Assembly: GCA_022646745.1 (NCBI GenBank) | Contig: CP060262.1 | Span: 3,600,001 to 3,632,000, forward strand | Length of the DNA: 32,000 nt | Reading direction: 5' to 3' | Origin: Planctomycetales bacterium | GTDB taxonomy: Bacteria; 4484-113; JAFGCY01 | In this document: positions 9,709 to 19,290 of the stretch, in pieces | How the letters are laid out: each line of letters begins with the position of its first letter | How positions within the stretch are numbered: position 1 is the first letter of the stretch | Notes under the pieces: model-generated | Told to the model about the DNA's origin: nothing | The model's input: the letters and a program-made list of their open reading frames with translations, nothing else | Databases searched by the model: none | Made by a program: the position numbers and the translations under genes

Positions 9709-11578
9709 TAGGCACCTCTGCTCTCTCTCCGAATGCCAGGTAGCTGATCCGGTCCGTGATCCGCGAGAAGACGGGGGCGGCCACACTGCCGCCGTAGTAG
9801 ACCCCCCTGCGGGGGTGGGAATACATCACAACGATCACATACTGCGGGTCCTTAACCGGGAAGTAGCCGGCGAAGCTCGCCAGGTAGGCATGCTCCTCGT
9901 AACCCTTCCCGTCCTTGCCGGCGATCTGGCCGGTGCCGGTCTTGCCGGCGGGCAGGAAGCGCGGGTTACCACTCTTCAGGTCGCGCTTGCTGGCAAGGGA
10001 CTTCATGTAGCGTTCCGGGATGGCCTTCTTGCCGGTACCCTCCACCACCACGTTGCGCAGCCATTCCTGGGCACGGCGGCAGCCCTGCTCACTGAGCACC
10101 CGGCGCTGTCCACTGTCCAGGTCGAACACGCGTTCATTGCCGTTGTCAACCAGCAGCATGCCGGTCTCGCCATCGACAGCCGTGTCCTCCAGCTCAAGCT
10201 TGAGGGTCGGATGGACCTCATAGCCGCCATTGGCAATCACGCAGTAGGCCGCGGCCAGCTGAAGCGGTGTCATGGAGAAACCCTGGCCGAAGCCGGAGTT
10301 GGCGAGCGAGACCGTCGGCCACTTGATCTCCTCGTCCTGCCAGCTGTTGGGACGGCGGCCAGATGACTCCATCGGCAGCTCCACCCCGGTGCGGCTGAAC
10401 AGGCCGTATGAGCGGTAGGCCTCGAGCACCTGCTCCTGGCCGAGCTTCATGGCGATGCGTGCCATGCCGACATTGCTGCTTTCACGGATGATGTCGGCAA
10501 CCGGCACACCGGAGGAGTCGCCAATGTAGTGCGTGGCCTCGGCCTCGGTGATCCAGTAGCGGCCGATGTTGATCTTCTGGTTGCAGATGAAGCGCTGGCT
10601 ATCCGAGATCCAGCCGCGGTCCACGGCATAGGCCGCCAGCAGCGGCTTGGCTGTGCTGCCGGGCTCTACGAGGAAATGCACCGCCGGGTTCTGCTGGTCG
10701 ATCAGGTTGCCCTGCTCATCAAACAGCTTTCCGGCGACGAAGTTGTTTGGGTCAAAGTCCGGCGCGCTGCTCATGGCCAGCACCTGGCCGGTGTGCGGCT
10801 CCATCACGATCGCCACGCCCCAGTCCGGGTTGTGCTGCTCCATGCCGGCGGCCAGCTCCTCCTCGCAGATCAGCTGGATCGCGGGGTCAAGCGTGGTGCG
10901 CAGGCTGCGGCCTGGCACCTCCTCGGCTACGGTCTGCATTGATCCCGGCAGGCGGTTCTGTGAGCCGTCACGCATGAACTCCCGGCGGCCGGGGATGCCG
11001 CGCAGCTCATTGTGCCAGGCAGCTTCCAGTCCGAGCTGGTGCTCGCGGCTGCTGGAGTAGAACCCGACCGTGGCCGGTGCGCCGTTGTCAGAGCAGGGGT
11101 AATAGCGCTCAAGGTAGTAGAGCGTGGTCACTCCACGGAAGCTGCGGTCGTCGATCTCACGGGCGGAAGCGGCAGGCAGGCCGCGCAGGATCTCGAGCCC
11201 GCGGCTGTCGGATGCGAGCATCCGGCGGCGGATCTCCAGGTCGTTGCCACCGTTGTATTCGGACAGCATACGCACGATGCCATCGATGGCCTCGTCACCG
11301 CCCTCCCGGATCAGCTTCATGTCCAGCACAACGCGTGTCAGGCGGCGGGTGGTTGCCAGCACGCTGCCGTCACGGTAGAGGATGTCTCCACGCCGCCCCT
11401 CGGGGTTCTCCGTGCCCTCCCAGCGGGAATGCACGGCCTTGCTGTAGTAGGCGGTGACCTGCGGGTCGTTCTGCAGAAAATAAATGTGGGCTGCCAGATA
11501 GGCAGCCCCGAGGAGGAAGGCGGAGAAAAATATCCTGTTGTAGACACGCTGGAGCTTGTGCCAACGGTGTTCGTTCAT
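9698..11578 (-). CDS. ftsI: penicillin-binding protein 3-type transpeptidase
   Basis: Class B PBP motifs: SxxK (GSTAKP), SxN (SSNVG), KTG (AGKTGTG). One N-terminal TM. I prefer the ATG at 11578 (MNEHRW...), which has GGAG 7 nt upstream, over the TTG at 11593 used by the ORF track. Confidence 0.88.
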   Translation of the reverse strand: MNEHRWHKLQRVYNRIFFSAFLLGAAYLAAHIYFLQNDPQVTAYYSKAVHSRWEGTENPEGRRGDILYRDGSVLATTRRLTRVVLDMKLIREGGDEAIDGIVRMLSEYNGGNDLEIRRRMLASDSRGLEILRGLPAASAREIDDRSFRGVTTLYYLERYYPCSDNGAPATVGFYSSSREHQLGLEAAWHNELRGIPGRREFMRDGSQNRLPGSMQTVAEEVPGRSLRTTLDPAIQLICEEELAAGMEQHNPDWGVAIVMEPHTGQVLAMSSAPDFDPNNFVAGKLFDEQGNLIDQQNPAVHFLVEPGSTAKPLLAAYAVDRGWISDSQRFICNQKINIGRYWITEAEATHYIGDSSGVPVADIIRESSNVGMARIAMKLGQEQVLEAYRSYGLFSRTGVELPMESSGRRPNSWQDEEIKWPTVSLANSGFGQGFSMTPLQLAAAYCVIANGGYEVHPTLKLELEDTAVDGETGMLLVDNGNERVFDLDSGQRRVLSEQGCRRAQEWLRNVVVEGTGKKAIPERYMKSLASKRDLKSGNPRFLPAGKTGTGQIAGKDGKGYEEHAYLASFAGYFPVKDPQYVIVVMYSHPRRGVYYGGSVAAPVFSRITDRISYLAFGERAEVPNET

Positions 11579-11617
11579 CTCAATTCTCCGCAATTGTCAA
11601 TATTCCGATTACCTGGT

Positions 11618-12112
11618 TCAGGGTTCGATCTTGATCATTTCCCTGCTGAGCGGGTACAGCTCCTCGACCAGCATCTTGCCGCTGGCCTGGCTGATGTTCG
11701 TCAGCACGATGTACTCGGTCGCCGGCTCATAGTTCACCAGCGCCGCCGGCTTGTTGTCACCTGCCAGCAGTTCGTTCTCGCTCTGGATCAGGCCCTGCTG
11801 GGCCTCCTCCATCTGCTGCTCGATGCGTGTTCCAAGGGTCTGGCTGAGCTGCTGGTCCTCATAGGACAGCTGCATGGTCTCGCTGTCAAAAGCCGCCATT
11901 GCCGCAAGCCCGATCACGGCCGCCATGATTCCGAGGATGATTGCCAGCTTGAAGCCGAACAGGCGGACCGCCTTGCCCTTGGCAATCCTGCGCTGCCAGG
12001 CCTTCAGTCCGTTTGGCCGGCGCTCGCCGAACGCCGCACTCAGAATCTTGTACTCGCCGTAACCATAGACCCGGTCGGTGGTGAACCGCGGATCAAGCTT
12101 CGGAACCGCCAT
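11618..12112 (-). CDS. FtsL-like bitopic division protein (assigned by position and architecture only)
   Basis: 164 aa with a single TM (FGFKLAIILGIMAAVIGLAAMAAF) followed by a Q/E-rich coiled-coil-like stretch. It occupies the conserved ftsL slot between rsmH and ftsI. I recognise no sequence motif. Confidence 0.5.
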   Translation of the reverse strand: MAVPKLDPRFTTDRVYGYGEYKILSAAFGERRPNGLKAWQRRIAKGKAVRLFGFKLAIILGIMAAVIGLAAMAAFDSETMQLSYEDQQLSQTLGTRIEQQMEEAQQGLIQSENELLAGDNKPAALVNYEPATEYIVLTNISQASGKMLVEELYPLSREMIKIEP

Positions 12113-12142
12113 CGCATTCGCTCCTCAGATACCTGGCACCGC

Positions 12143-13054
12143 CTACAGCAGGCGCTTCTCATAAACCCGCAGCTTGGCCGAACGGCTGCGCGGATTCCCT
12201 TGCACCTCCTCCTCGTCAGGCTCGATCACCTTGCCCAGCATGTTCACCTGCCAGTCCGTCCGGCCGCCGTGCCGTCCGTATGGCCGCAGTGTCCGCTTGA
12301 CAATGCGTTCCTCCAGGCTGTGGAAGGTGATCACTGCCAGCCTGCCAGAGTGGCTGAGCAGTTCCACAGCCTGCCTGATTCCCTCTTCAATCTGGCGGAC
12401 TTCCCCGCCGACTTCCATCCTGATCGCCTGGAAGCTGCGCGTCGCCGGATGCGACTTGCCGCGCCTGCCAGGCATGGCCTGCTCAATGAGCGTGGCCAGT
12501 TCCAGCGTCCCCGTGATCCGTCCGCCCCTGCGCCTGGCAACGATCGCCGCGGCTATCCGCCTGCTGAAGCGCTCCTCGCCGTACTCGCGCAGGATGTGCT
12601 CCAGGGCTTCTTCCGGGTAGTCGTTGACAACGTCCTCCGCCGTCAGCGTCTGCCGGCGGTCCTGGCGCATGTCCAGCGGACCTTCCCTGAGGAAACTGAA
12701 ACCCCGCCCTGGATCGTCAAGCTGGTCAGAACTGAGGCCGAGATCAAACAGCACCCTGTCGGCGTGCTGCATTCCCACTTTGTGTAAAACCCTCTCTAGC
12801 TCTGCAATCTCACCATGCACGAGGTGCAGTTCGACGCCGTCGAACTCCATCCCCTCAAGCACGGCCCTAGCTCTTTCGATCGCCGATTGATCCCTGTCGA
12901 TGCCGATCGCGATCCCACCTGGAACCAATCGGCCAGCCACCGCGCTGTAGTGGCCCGCCGAGCCCATGGTTCCATCGATGAAGACCAGCCCAGGATCCAG
13001 GGCGAGGCTCTCAATGACTTGCTGTAAAAGTACTGGTCTGTGGCGTGGTTCCAT
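12143..13054 (-). CDS. rsmH: 16S rRNA (cytosine1402-N4)-methyltransferase
   Basis: 303 aa with RsmH/MraW signatures (HRPVLL..., DGTMGSAGH, DLGLSSDQLD, ...SFHSLEERIVK..., ...NPRSRSAKLR...). Confidence 0.92.
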   Translation of the reverse strand: MEPRHRPVLLQQVIESLALDPGLVFIDGTMGSAGHYSAVAGRLVPGGIAIGIDRDQSAIERARAVLEGMEFDGVELHLVHGEIAELERVLHKVGMQHADRVLFDLGLSSDQLDDPGRGFSFLREGPLDMRQDRRQTLTAEDVVNDYPEEALEHILREYGEERFSRRIAAAIVARRRGGRITGTLELATLIEQAMPGRRGKSHPATRSFQAIRMEVGGEVRQIEEGIRQAVELLSHSGRLAVITFHSLEERIVKRTLRPYGRHGGRTDWQVNMLGKVIEPDEEEVQGNPRSRSAKLRVYEKRLL

Positions 13055-13078
13055 CAGGCATCCCTCGCCACCGGCGGC

Positions 13079-13624
13079 CTATTCCCCATCAGGTCCGCCA
13101 TCTCCGTCGGTATCATGCGCGGGGGAATTTTCAGGAGGAGCCGGGCCATTGAACAATTGCTCAAAACCACCCGACTCCTCCCAACGCGCACAGTCAGCTT
13201 CGTAATCCTTGAGCGACCAGAGTTCGACGTACTCGCCGCAACCCACCCAGACGACGTCCTCGTAGAGGTTCATCGCCACGCGCAGGTTCTTCGGCAGCGC
13301 CATGCGGCCCTGGCTGTCAAGGCTCAGCTCGAACTTGTTGCCGAAGAAGGCCCTGCGATCCCTTTGCATCTTGGGATCGAAGAAGTTCCCGGCACCCTTG
13401 CCCGAACTGAAGGACAGACGGCTCATCACCGTCCCGACCACTTTTTCAAAGTTCTCGGGAGTCATCACCTTCAGGTGACGGTCCCATTTGAGGACAACTG
13501 CCTCATCCCCGAACTGCTGGCGCAGGTTCCTGGCAAGACTGACACGTCCCTTGGAGTCGACAGAAGCCTCGTGCTGTCCGAACAGCGACTGGCCGCCTAC
13601 CGATTCCGCATTCACCAGGTTCAC
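13079..13624 (-). CDS. mraZ: transcriptional regulator MraZ (GTG start; true start may be ~12 codons downstream)
   Basis: Two SpoVT/AbrB-type repeats, each with the DxxGR motif (DSKGRVSL and DSQGRMAL). First gene of the dcw cluster. Acidic C-terminal tail. Confidence 0.85.
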   Translation of the reverse strand: MNLVNAESVGGQSLFGQHEASVDSKGRVSLARNLRQQFGDEAVVLKWDRHLKVMTPENFEKVVGTVMSRLSFSSGKGAGNFFDPKMQRDRRAFFGNKFELSLDSQGRMALPKNLRVAMNLYEDVVWVGCGEYVELWSLKDYEADCARWEESGGFEQLFNGPAPPENSPAHDTDGDGGPDGE

Positions 13625-14000
13625 CTGAGCCCCTTTGCAATTTCAGGTCACCGTTGGGAATTTATTCCCCTTTCAGGGACGTTCCTTTCGGTAGCAGCAT
13701 GATATCCGGTTTGAAATCTTCAAACAAGGGCAAATTAGGGACTTTGCTTAGTATCCGTTTAGTTATTGATGGAAAATTTCTGAAATAATTCAGAGGACTA
13801 TCTGTCGCAGTAACTGGCGTAATTGCGCACAATGTGGCTGAATGCAGTGTTGATCAGGCCTCAGGGGCGATCATGCAAGGCCGATCAGTCCCTTGTGCAG
13901 GGTTATCAAGGGACAGTAAGGGAAACATTCCCACAACAGGGCTGAAAAAGGACCGCGCAGAGGATGGCTGGACCTGCTGTACTACATATATATTTGGGCC

Positions 14001-15176
14001 GTGCTGGAATGGCTGGTGATCGGTGGCGGTGTGCAGGGCACCTTCGTGTCCCATGTGCTGTCCGTTCGACTGGGGGTCAGCCGGGATGACATCCGCGTGC
14101 TCGATCCACATGTGAATCCGTTGGCGCGCTGGCAGCAGACCACCGATGCCTGCGGGATGCGCTTCCTGCGCTCACCGGCGGCGCACCACGTCGGGATCCG
14201 TACCAATGAACTGCTCGACTGGACAAGGGCCAACTGCCCGGACTGGCGCAGGGAGTACCTGCAGCCCTACCTGAGACCCTCCCTGGCCTGCTGGAATGCG
14301 CACGCCAAATCAGTGATAGATGAACATCGACTGGAGGAAATGCGCATCCGTGGCAGTGCGCTGGACATCCACCGGAGTGATGACGGCAGCTTCCATGTGC
14401 AGACTTCTGTGGAATCGATCCACTCTAAGCGGATCGTGCTTGCGACCGGTAACAGCCAGCCCCTGCACTACCCCGCCCTGCCGGTGGATTCAGACCTTGC
14501 CGGCGAGCGCATCCGGCACCTGTTCGACCCGGCCTTCAGGCGCAGTGACATCCAGGCGGGTGAGAATGTCGTGATTGTCGGCAGTGGTGTCAGTGCCGCC
14601 CAGCTGGCAATCCGGCTGGCAGGGGAACAGGGCTGCAGGATACAGGTCCTGACTGACGGGATGCCGCAACTGAGCTGGTTTGACAGTGACCCCGGCTGGA
14701 ACGGGCCACGCCTGCTTTCCCGGCTGGCCGCTATTGCCGACCCGGAGGAGCGCCAGCGGATGGTCAGTGAAGCGCGCATCCGCGGTTCATTCCCCGGCGA
14801 CACCGCTGCCAGCCTGCTTGAATGCACCATCCTTGGAAAAATGACAATGCTTACAGGAAGGCTTGAATCCGTCTGTCAAGCCGGCAACTGTGTCCATCTT
14901 CGTTTCAATGATGAACATCTGACAACGGACCGCCTGGTATTCGCCACCGGATTCAGCACTGCAGTACCTGCTGCGCCACTCGTCGGGCAGCTCAGCGCGC
15001 GACTGGGACTACCGGTCTCCTCATGCGGCTGGCCTGTTGTCAACCAGTACTGCGAATGGGCAGCGGGTGTGCTTGTCTGCGGTGCGCTGGCCCAGCTCGA
15101 ACTCGGTCCGGTGTCCCGCAACATCAGCGGCATCCGCAGCTTTGCGCGCAGACTGGTTGAGCGATACAACGCCTGA
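14001..15176 (+). CDS. FAD/NAD(P)-binding oxidoreductase (two-dinucleotide-binding-domain flavoprotein)
   Basis: 391 aa, GTG start. N-terminal GxGxxG (VIGGGVQG), second dinucleotide motif (VIVGSGVSAAQLA), and LATG / FATGF motifs typical of flavoprotein reductases/monooxygenases. Substrate cannot be inferred. Confidence 0.7.
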   Translation: MLEWLVIGGGVQGTFVSHVLSVRLGVSRDDIRVLDPHVNPLARWQQTTDACGMRFLRSPAAHHVGIRTNELLDWTRANCPDWRREYLQPYLRPSLACWNAHAKSVIDEHRLEEMRIRGSALDIHRSDDGSFHVQTSVESIHSKRIVLATGNSQPLHYPALPVDSDLAGERIRHLFDPAFRRSDIQAGENVVIVGSGVSAAQLAIRLAGEQGCRIQVLTDGMPQLSWFDSDPGWNGPRLLSRLAAIADPEERQRMVSEARIRGSFPGDTAASLLECTILGKMTMLTGRLESVCQAGNCVHLRFNDEHLTTDRLVFATGFSTAVPAAPLVGQLSARLGLPVSSCGWPVVNQYCEWAAGVLVCGALAQLELGPVSRNISGIRSFARRLVERYNA

Positions 15177-15282
15177 CAGCCATCCGGCCTCCTGCAGGGC
15201 CAACCCTTGATCACGGCAGGCTCTATAAACAGGAATTTCGAGCCTGGTGAGCACTGATCCACCGGGTATTCACACTAATCCG

Positions 15283-15444
15283 TTATCCACATGCCATACA
15301 ATCCAGAATCACACTTGACACTTAACAAGTGTTGGGGTTACAATCTGGAATGTCAATGGGGTTGTGGATACCAGGGCGGAGAATCTATACGGATGGAAGT
15401 ATGAATCAACCACTTTCATACACTTATCCACAAAGTTATCCCCG
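15283..15444. promoter_or_regulatory. Cluster of DnaA-box motifs upstream of nrdJ
   Basis: TTATCCACA at 15283-15291 (+, 9/9). TGTGGATAC at 15363-15371, which is GTATCCACA on the minus strand (8/9). TTATCCACA at 15424-15432 (+, 9/9). TTATCCCCG at 15436-15444 (7/9). The surrounding region is visibly AT-richer than its flanks. Confidence 0.55.
15318..15332. promoter_or_regulatory. 15-bp palindrome ACACTTAACAAGTGT (candidate operator, NrdR-box-like half-sites)
   Basis: Perfect 7+1+7 inverted repeat ~360 nt upstream of the nrdJ ATG. It is flanked by TACAATCCAGAAT (15297-15309) and TACAATCTGGAAT (15339-15351). Confidence 0.3.
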
Positions 15445-15689
15445 CAACCTATTGAATAGCGCACATGGAAGTGCTATGTTTGTACCTGCGAAGGCTGCCG
15501 GGTTGCTGGACGGTCCGGTTAATGAGGATATTGCTGTGGGGAAGAGCTGTCGGTCGAAAGACCAGCTACCGGTTCCGCGCCGGTCACGGTTCCAACAGCG
15601 GTCCATAACTATTCGCAGGCGGTTTCGGGTCGGCAGAGGGTTGAGTATGGTCCGCCCGACGGGATGAGTATCAGCACCAGAGGTCGTGC

Positions 15690-18600
15690 ATGCGAATCGA
15701 AAGAAGGTTTACTGAAAAGGGACAGTCTCCATACGAGCAGATCGATTGGAGCAGCCGCAACAGCGTGATCTACAACCCGGACGGCAGCGTCGTCTTCGAG
15801 ATGAAGGACGCGCAGATCCCGGCGGACTGGAGCCAGCTGGCAACGGACATCATGGTCTCCAAGTACTTCCGCAAGGCCGGAGTGCCACAGACGGATGCCA
15901 GTGGCAAGCCCCTGCTTGATGCGGATGGCAATCCCGTGCTTGGCCCCGAGAATAGTGCCGCCCAGGTGATCCATCGCCTGACCGGCTGCTGGACGGACTG
16001 GGGACAGCGCTATGGCTACTTCGACACTGAGGAGGATGCCACTGCCTTCCGTGACGAGCTGGCCTGGTCACTGCTGACGCAGATGGCCGCCCCCAACAGC
16101 CCGCAGTGGTTCAACACCGGACTGTACTGGGCCTACGGCATCAACGGCCCCAGCCAGGGACATTACTATGTTGACGCCGACAGCGGTGAACTGCGTGCAT
16201 CCGAGGATGCCTACAGCCATCCGCAGCCACATGCCTGCTTCATCCAGAGCGTACGCGACGACCTCGTGAACGAGGGCGGGATCATGGATCTCTGGGTGCG
16301 TGAGGCACGCCTGTTCAAGTATGGCAGCGGCACCGGCACCAACTTCAGCGCACTGCGCGGTGAGGGTGAGTCCCTCAGTGGCGGCGGCCAGTCCAGCGGA
16401 CTGATGAGCTTCCTCAAGATCGGTGACCGTGCCGCTGGGGCGATCAAGTCCGGCGGCACCACGCGCCGCGCCGCCAAGATGGTCTGCCTGGACGTTGACC
16501 ACCCGGACATCGAGAAGTTCATCAACTGGAAAGTACACGAGGAGGACAAGGTCGCCGCACTCGTCGCCGGTGGCAAGGGCCGCTTCGACACCGCCTTCGA
16601 GGGCGAAGCCTACAGCACCGTCAGCGGACAGAACAGCAACAATTCCGTGCGCCTGACGAATGCCTTCCTCGAGGCCGCTGTCAACAACAGCAGCTGGGAC
16701 CTCATCAACCGCACGAATGGCGATGTCAGCAAGACGATTGACGCCGCCAGCCTCTGGCAGCAGATCGGCTATGCTGCCTGGCGCTGCGCCGATCCCGGCG
16801 TGCAGTTCGACACCACGATCAACGAATGGCATACCTGCCCGCAAAGCGGCCGGATCAATGCCTCCAACCCCTGCAGCGAGTACATGTTCCTTGACGACAC
16901 CGCCTGCAACCTGGCCAGCCTGAACCTGATGAAGTTCATTGACGAGGCCACGGGCGACTTCGACCTGGACAGCTACCGGCACTTCATCCGCCTGTGGACG
17001 ATCGTGCTCGAGATCTCAGTGCTGATGGCGCAGTTCCCCAGCCGCGAGATCGCGCAGAAATCATATGACTTCCGTACGCTCGGCCTCGGTTATGCCAACC
17101 TCGGCACCTGCCTGATGGTGATGGGCATCCCCTATGACAGTGACAAGGGCCGGGCGATCGCTGCCGCGATGACTGCGATCATGACTGGCGATTCCTATGC
17201 CGCCAGTGCCGAAATGGCAGCGGAACTCGGGGCCTTCCCGAAGTATGCGGAGAACCGTGAATCCATGCTGCGCGTGATGCGCAACCACCGCCGCGCTGCC
17301 CATAACAATGCCGCGACTGACTATGAGGGATTGTCAATCAATCCGCAGGGCATCGAGCATGCTAGCTGCCCGGACTACCTCGCCAGCCAGGCGATTGCCA
17401 GCTGGGACCGCGCTTTGGAGCTCGGTGAGCAGCATGGCTACCGCAATGCCCAGACCACTGTGATCGCCCCGACCGGTACCATCGGCCTGCTGATGGACTG
17501 CGACACCACCGGTGTCGAGCCGGACTTCGCGCTCGTCAAGTTCAAGAAGCTGGCGGGCGGCGGCTACTTCAAGATCATCAACCAGAGCATCCCGCTCGCG
17601 CTTGCCAACCTCGGCTATGACCAGAAGCAGATCGGTGAGATCCGCCGCTGGGTGCTGGGCAGCAGCCGACTGGACGACCATTCGATCAATGCCGACAGCC
17701 TGCGTGAGCTGGGCATGAATGACAACGACATTGAGCGCATCGAGGCCCAGCTGCCCGGCGTGTTCGAGCTGCACTTCGCCTTCTCGCCCTTCACCCTCGG
17801 TGAGGAATGCATGCAGCGCATGGGCTTCAAGCCCGAGCAGTACGACGCCCCCGGCTTCAACCTGCTGCGTGCGCTGGGCTACACCGCCGAGCAAATCAGC
17901 CGTGCCAACGACCACATCTGCGGCATGATGACGGTGGAGGGTGCACCGCACCTGCGCGAGGAACACCTGCCGGTGTTCGACTGTGCCAACCGCTGCGGCC
18001 GCCATGGCCAGCGCTTCATCCACCACACCGGGCACATCCGCATGATGGGGGCCGTGCAGCCATTCATCAGCGGTGCGATCAGCAAGACGATCAACATGCC
18101 AAATGAAGTGAGCGTGGAGGACATCCAGGAGTCATACCTGCTGTCCTGGCAACTGGGCCTGAAGAGCAACGCCCTGTACCGTGATGGCTGCAAGCTCAGC
18201 CAGCCGCTGAACACAAAGGCGGATGCGCAGGAGGATGACAGCGAGGTACTGGAGGAGGTTGCCATCGCCGAGCAGGCACTGCAGCCAGAGCAGCATGAAA
18301 GCCTCGTCAACCCGGCGAACTACACCCCTGCGGAGCAGCGCGTGCCGGTCAGCCCGGCCGAGGCCCGCACCCTGCAGATCCACGCCCCGCTGCGCCGCCC
18401 GCTGCCAAGGAAGCGCAAGGGCTTCACCTTCGAGGGCCGCATCGGCGGGCACAAGCTCTACCTGCGCACCGGCGAGTACAGCGACGGCACGCTCGGCGAG
18501 GTCTTCATCGACATGCACAAGGAAGGCGCCGCCTTCCGCAGCCTGATGAACTGCTTCGCGATCGCCGTCAGCAAGGGACTGCAGTACGGCGTACCGCTGG

Positions 18601-19130
18601 AGGAGTTCGTTGACACCTTCGTGTTCACGCGCTTCGAGCCGAGCGGCACCTGCGACCACCCGAACATCAAGATGGCGCAGAGCGTGATCGATTACGTGTT
18701 CCGCGTGCTCGGTATGGAATACCTCGGCCGCACGGACTTCGTGCAGGTCAAACCCGCCGCCGATGAGCTGATCCTCAACCAAAACGAGCGCCAGATCCGC
18801 CTCGAGGCCCAGCCGCTGGTCAGCGCCAGTGAGGCTGCCCGTGCGGACCGCGAAGCCGGTGATGCCCCCCTGCCCCATGGCAACGGCAATGGCGGAAACG
18901 GGCATTCAGTCCATCCGCCCCAGCCGGTGCTCAGTGGCAATGGGAATGGAAACAGCAACGGTAACGGGAATGGCAATGGTGCGCGGCATGCCACCAGCAA
19001 TGCGATGGAGGAGCAGCTCAGCTCAATGATGGGTGACGCCCCCTTCTGCGAATCCTGCGGGCATGTGACGGTGCGCAACGGCTCCTGCTACAAGTGCCTC
19101 AACTGCGGTACCAGCCAGGGCTGCAGCTAG
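15690..19130 (+). CDS. nrdJ: class II (adenosylcobalamin-dependent) ribonucleotide reductase, long form
   Basis: 1146 aa. The N-terminus [23 protein letters not shown]...[12 protein letters not shown] and core motifs (...[21 protein letters not shown]..., ...[32 protein letters not shown]...) are typical of NrdJ. There is a C-terminal CxxC...CxxC zinc-ribbon tail (CESCGH...CYKCLNCG). GAGG lies 7 nt upstream of the ATG. Confidence 0.93.
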   Translation: MRIERRFTEKGQSPYEQIDWSSRNSVIYNPDGSVVFEMKDAQIPADWSQLATDIMVSKYFRKAGVPQTDASGKPLLDADGNPVLGPENSAAQVIHRLTGCWTDWGQRYGYFDTEEDATAFRDELAWSLLTQMAAPNSPQWFNTGLYWAYGINGPSQGHYYVDADSGELRASEDAYSHPQPHACFIQSVRDDLVNEGGIMDLWVREARLFKYGSGTGTNFSALRGEGESLSGGGQSSGLMSFLKIGDRAAGAIKSGGTTRRAAKMVCLDVDHPDIEKFINWKVHEEDKVAALVAGGKGRFDTAFEGEAYSTVSGQNSNNSVRLTNAFLEAAVNNSSWDLINRTNGDVSKTIDAASLWQQIGYAAWRCADPGVQFDTTINEWHTCPQSGRINASNPCSEYMFLDDTACNLASLNLMKFIDEATGDFDLDSYRHFIRLWTIVLEISVLMAQFPSREIAQKSYDFRTLGLGYANLGTCLMVMGIPYDSDKGRAIAAAMTAIMTGDSYAASAEMAAELGAFPKYAENRESMLRVMRNHRRAAHNNAATDYEGLSINPQGIEHASCPDYLASQAIASWDRALELGEQHGYRNAQTTVIAPTGTIGLLMDCDTTGVEPDFALVKFKKLAGGGYFKIINQSIPLALANLGYDQKQIGEIRRWVLGSSRLDDHSINADSLRELGMNDNDIERIEAQLPGVFELHFAFSPFTLGEECMQRMGFKPEQYDAPGFNLLRALGYTAEQISRANDHICGMMTVEGAPHLREEHLPVFDCANRCGRHGQRFIHHTGHIRMMGAVQPFISGAISKTINMPNEVSVEDIQESYLLSWQLGLKSNALYRDGCKLSQPLNTKADAQEDDSEVLEEVAIAEQALQPEQHESLVNPANYTPAEQRVPVSPAEARTLQIHAPLRRPLPRKRKGFTFEGRIGGHKLYLRTGEYSDGTLGEVFIDMHKEGAAFRSLMNCFAIAVSKGLQYGVPLEEFVDTFVFTRFEPSGTCDHPNIKMAQSVIDYVFRVLGMEYLGRTDFVQVKPAADELILNQNERQIRLEAQPLVSASEAARADREAGDAPLPHGNGNGGNGHSVHPPQPVLSGNGNGNSNGNGNGNGARHATSNAMEEQLSSMMGDAPFCESCGHVTVRNGSCYKCLNCGTSQGCS
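19103..19128 (+). repeat. Direct repeat copy 1 (last 26 nt of the nrdJ coding sequence)
   Basis: CTGCGGTACCAGCCAGGGCTGCAGCT recurs at 22080-22105 with one mismatch (T/C). Confidence 0.9.
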
Positions 19131-19290
19131 GCAAGAACTAACAGCATTCAGGTATTCCAGCAAATCCCCATTAGTTGGGAAGTCTGTGAAGTCCAGTTAT
19201 ACTCTTCTTGGGTGCTGGACCTGTCCGGCACTGGTTGGAATACAGGAACCCTGTGTTACACCGAAGCGGCTGAATGAACTGGGGGTTTGC

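Noticed and set aside
9709-9786. 26-codon extension of murE (MWPPPSSRGSRTG...)
   Set aside because: It lies inside the ftsI coding region. Conserved MurE sequence starts at MRLDDLLEG, so the shorter start is more plausible.
11012-12787. 591-aa plus-strand ORF, and similar large ORFs at 151-756(+), 3951-5213(+), 7697-8248(+), 9548-10366(+), 16068-16982(-), 17334-18035(-), 18132-18905(-), 23264-24061(-) and 24196-25038(-)
   Set aside because: All lie antisense to, or out of frame with, well-supported genes (ftsI/ftsL/rsmH, nuoD, murD, murF, murE, nrdJ, dinB, GH114-like). Their composition is low-complexity. They are high-GC shadow ORFs.
15329-15667. 112-aa plus-strand ORF in the nrdJ upstream region
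   Set aside because: It has a GTG start inside the palindrome and overlaps the DnaA boxes. It has no RBS and its composition is unlike the neighbouring genes. Most likely non-coding regulatory DNA.
15450-15689. Possible cobalamin riboswitch or other riboswitch in the ~240-nt GC-rich nrdJ leader
   Set aside because: Several short stems can be drawn (for example GGTC-GAAA-GACC). I could not find the B12-box or the GCCACUG-type conserved cores of the cobalamin riboswitch. A covariance-model scan (Rfam RF00174 and others) would be needed, so there is no support from inspection.
19186-19290. GTG-initiated 35-codon extension of the lipoprotein ORF
   Set aside because: The internal ATG at 19291 is immediately followed by a textbook signal peptide and lipobox (LVAC) and is preceded by a G-rich RBS-like GGGGG. 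The extension would bury the signal peptide.
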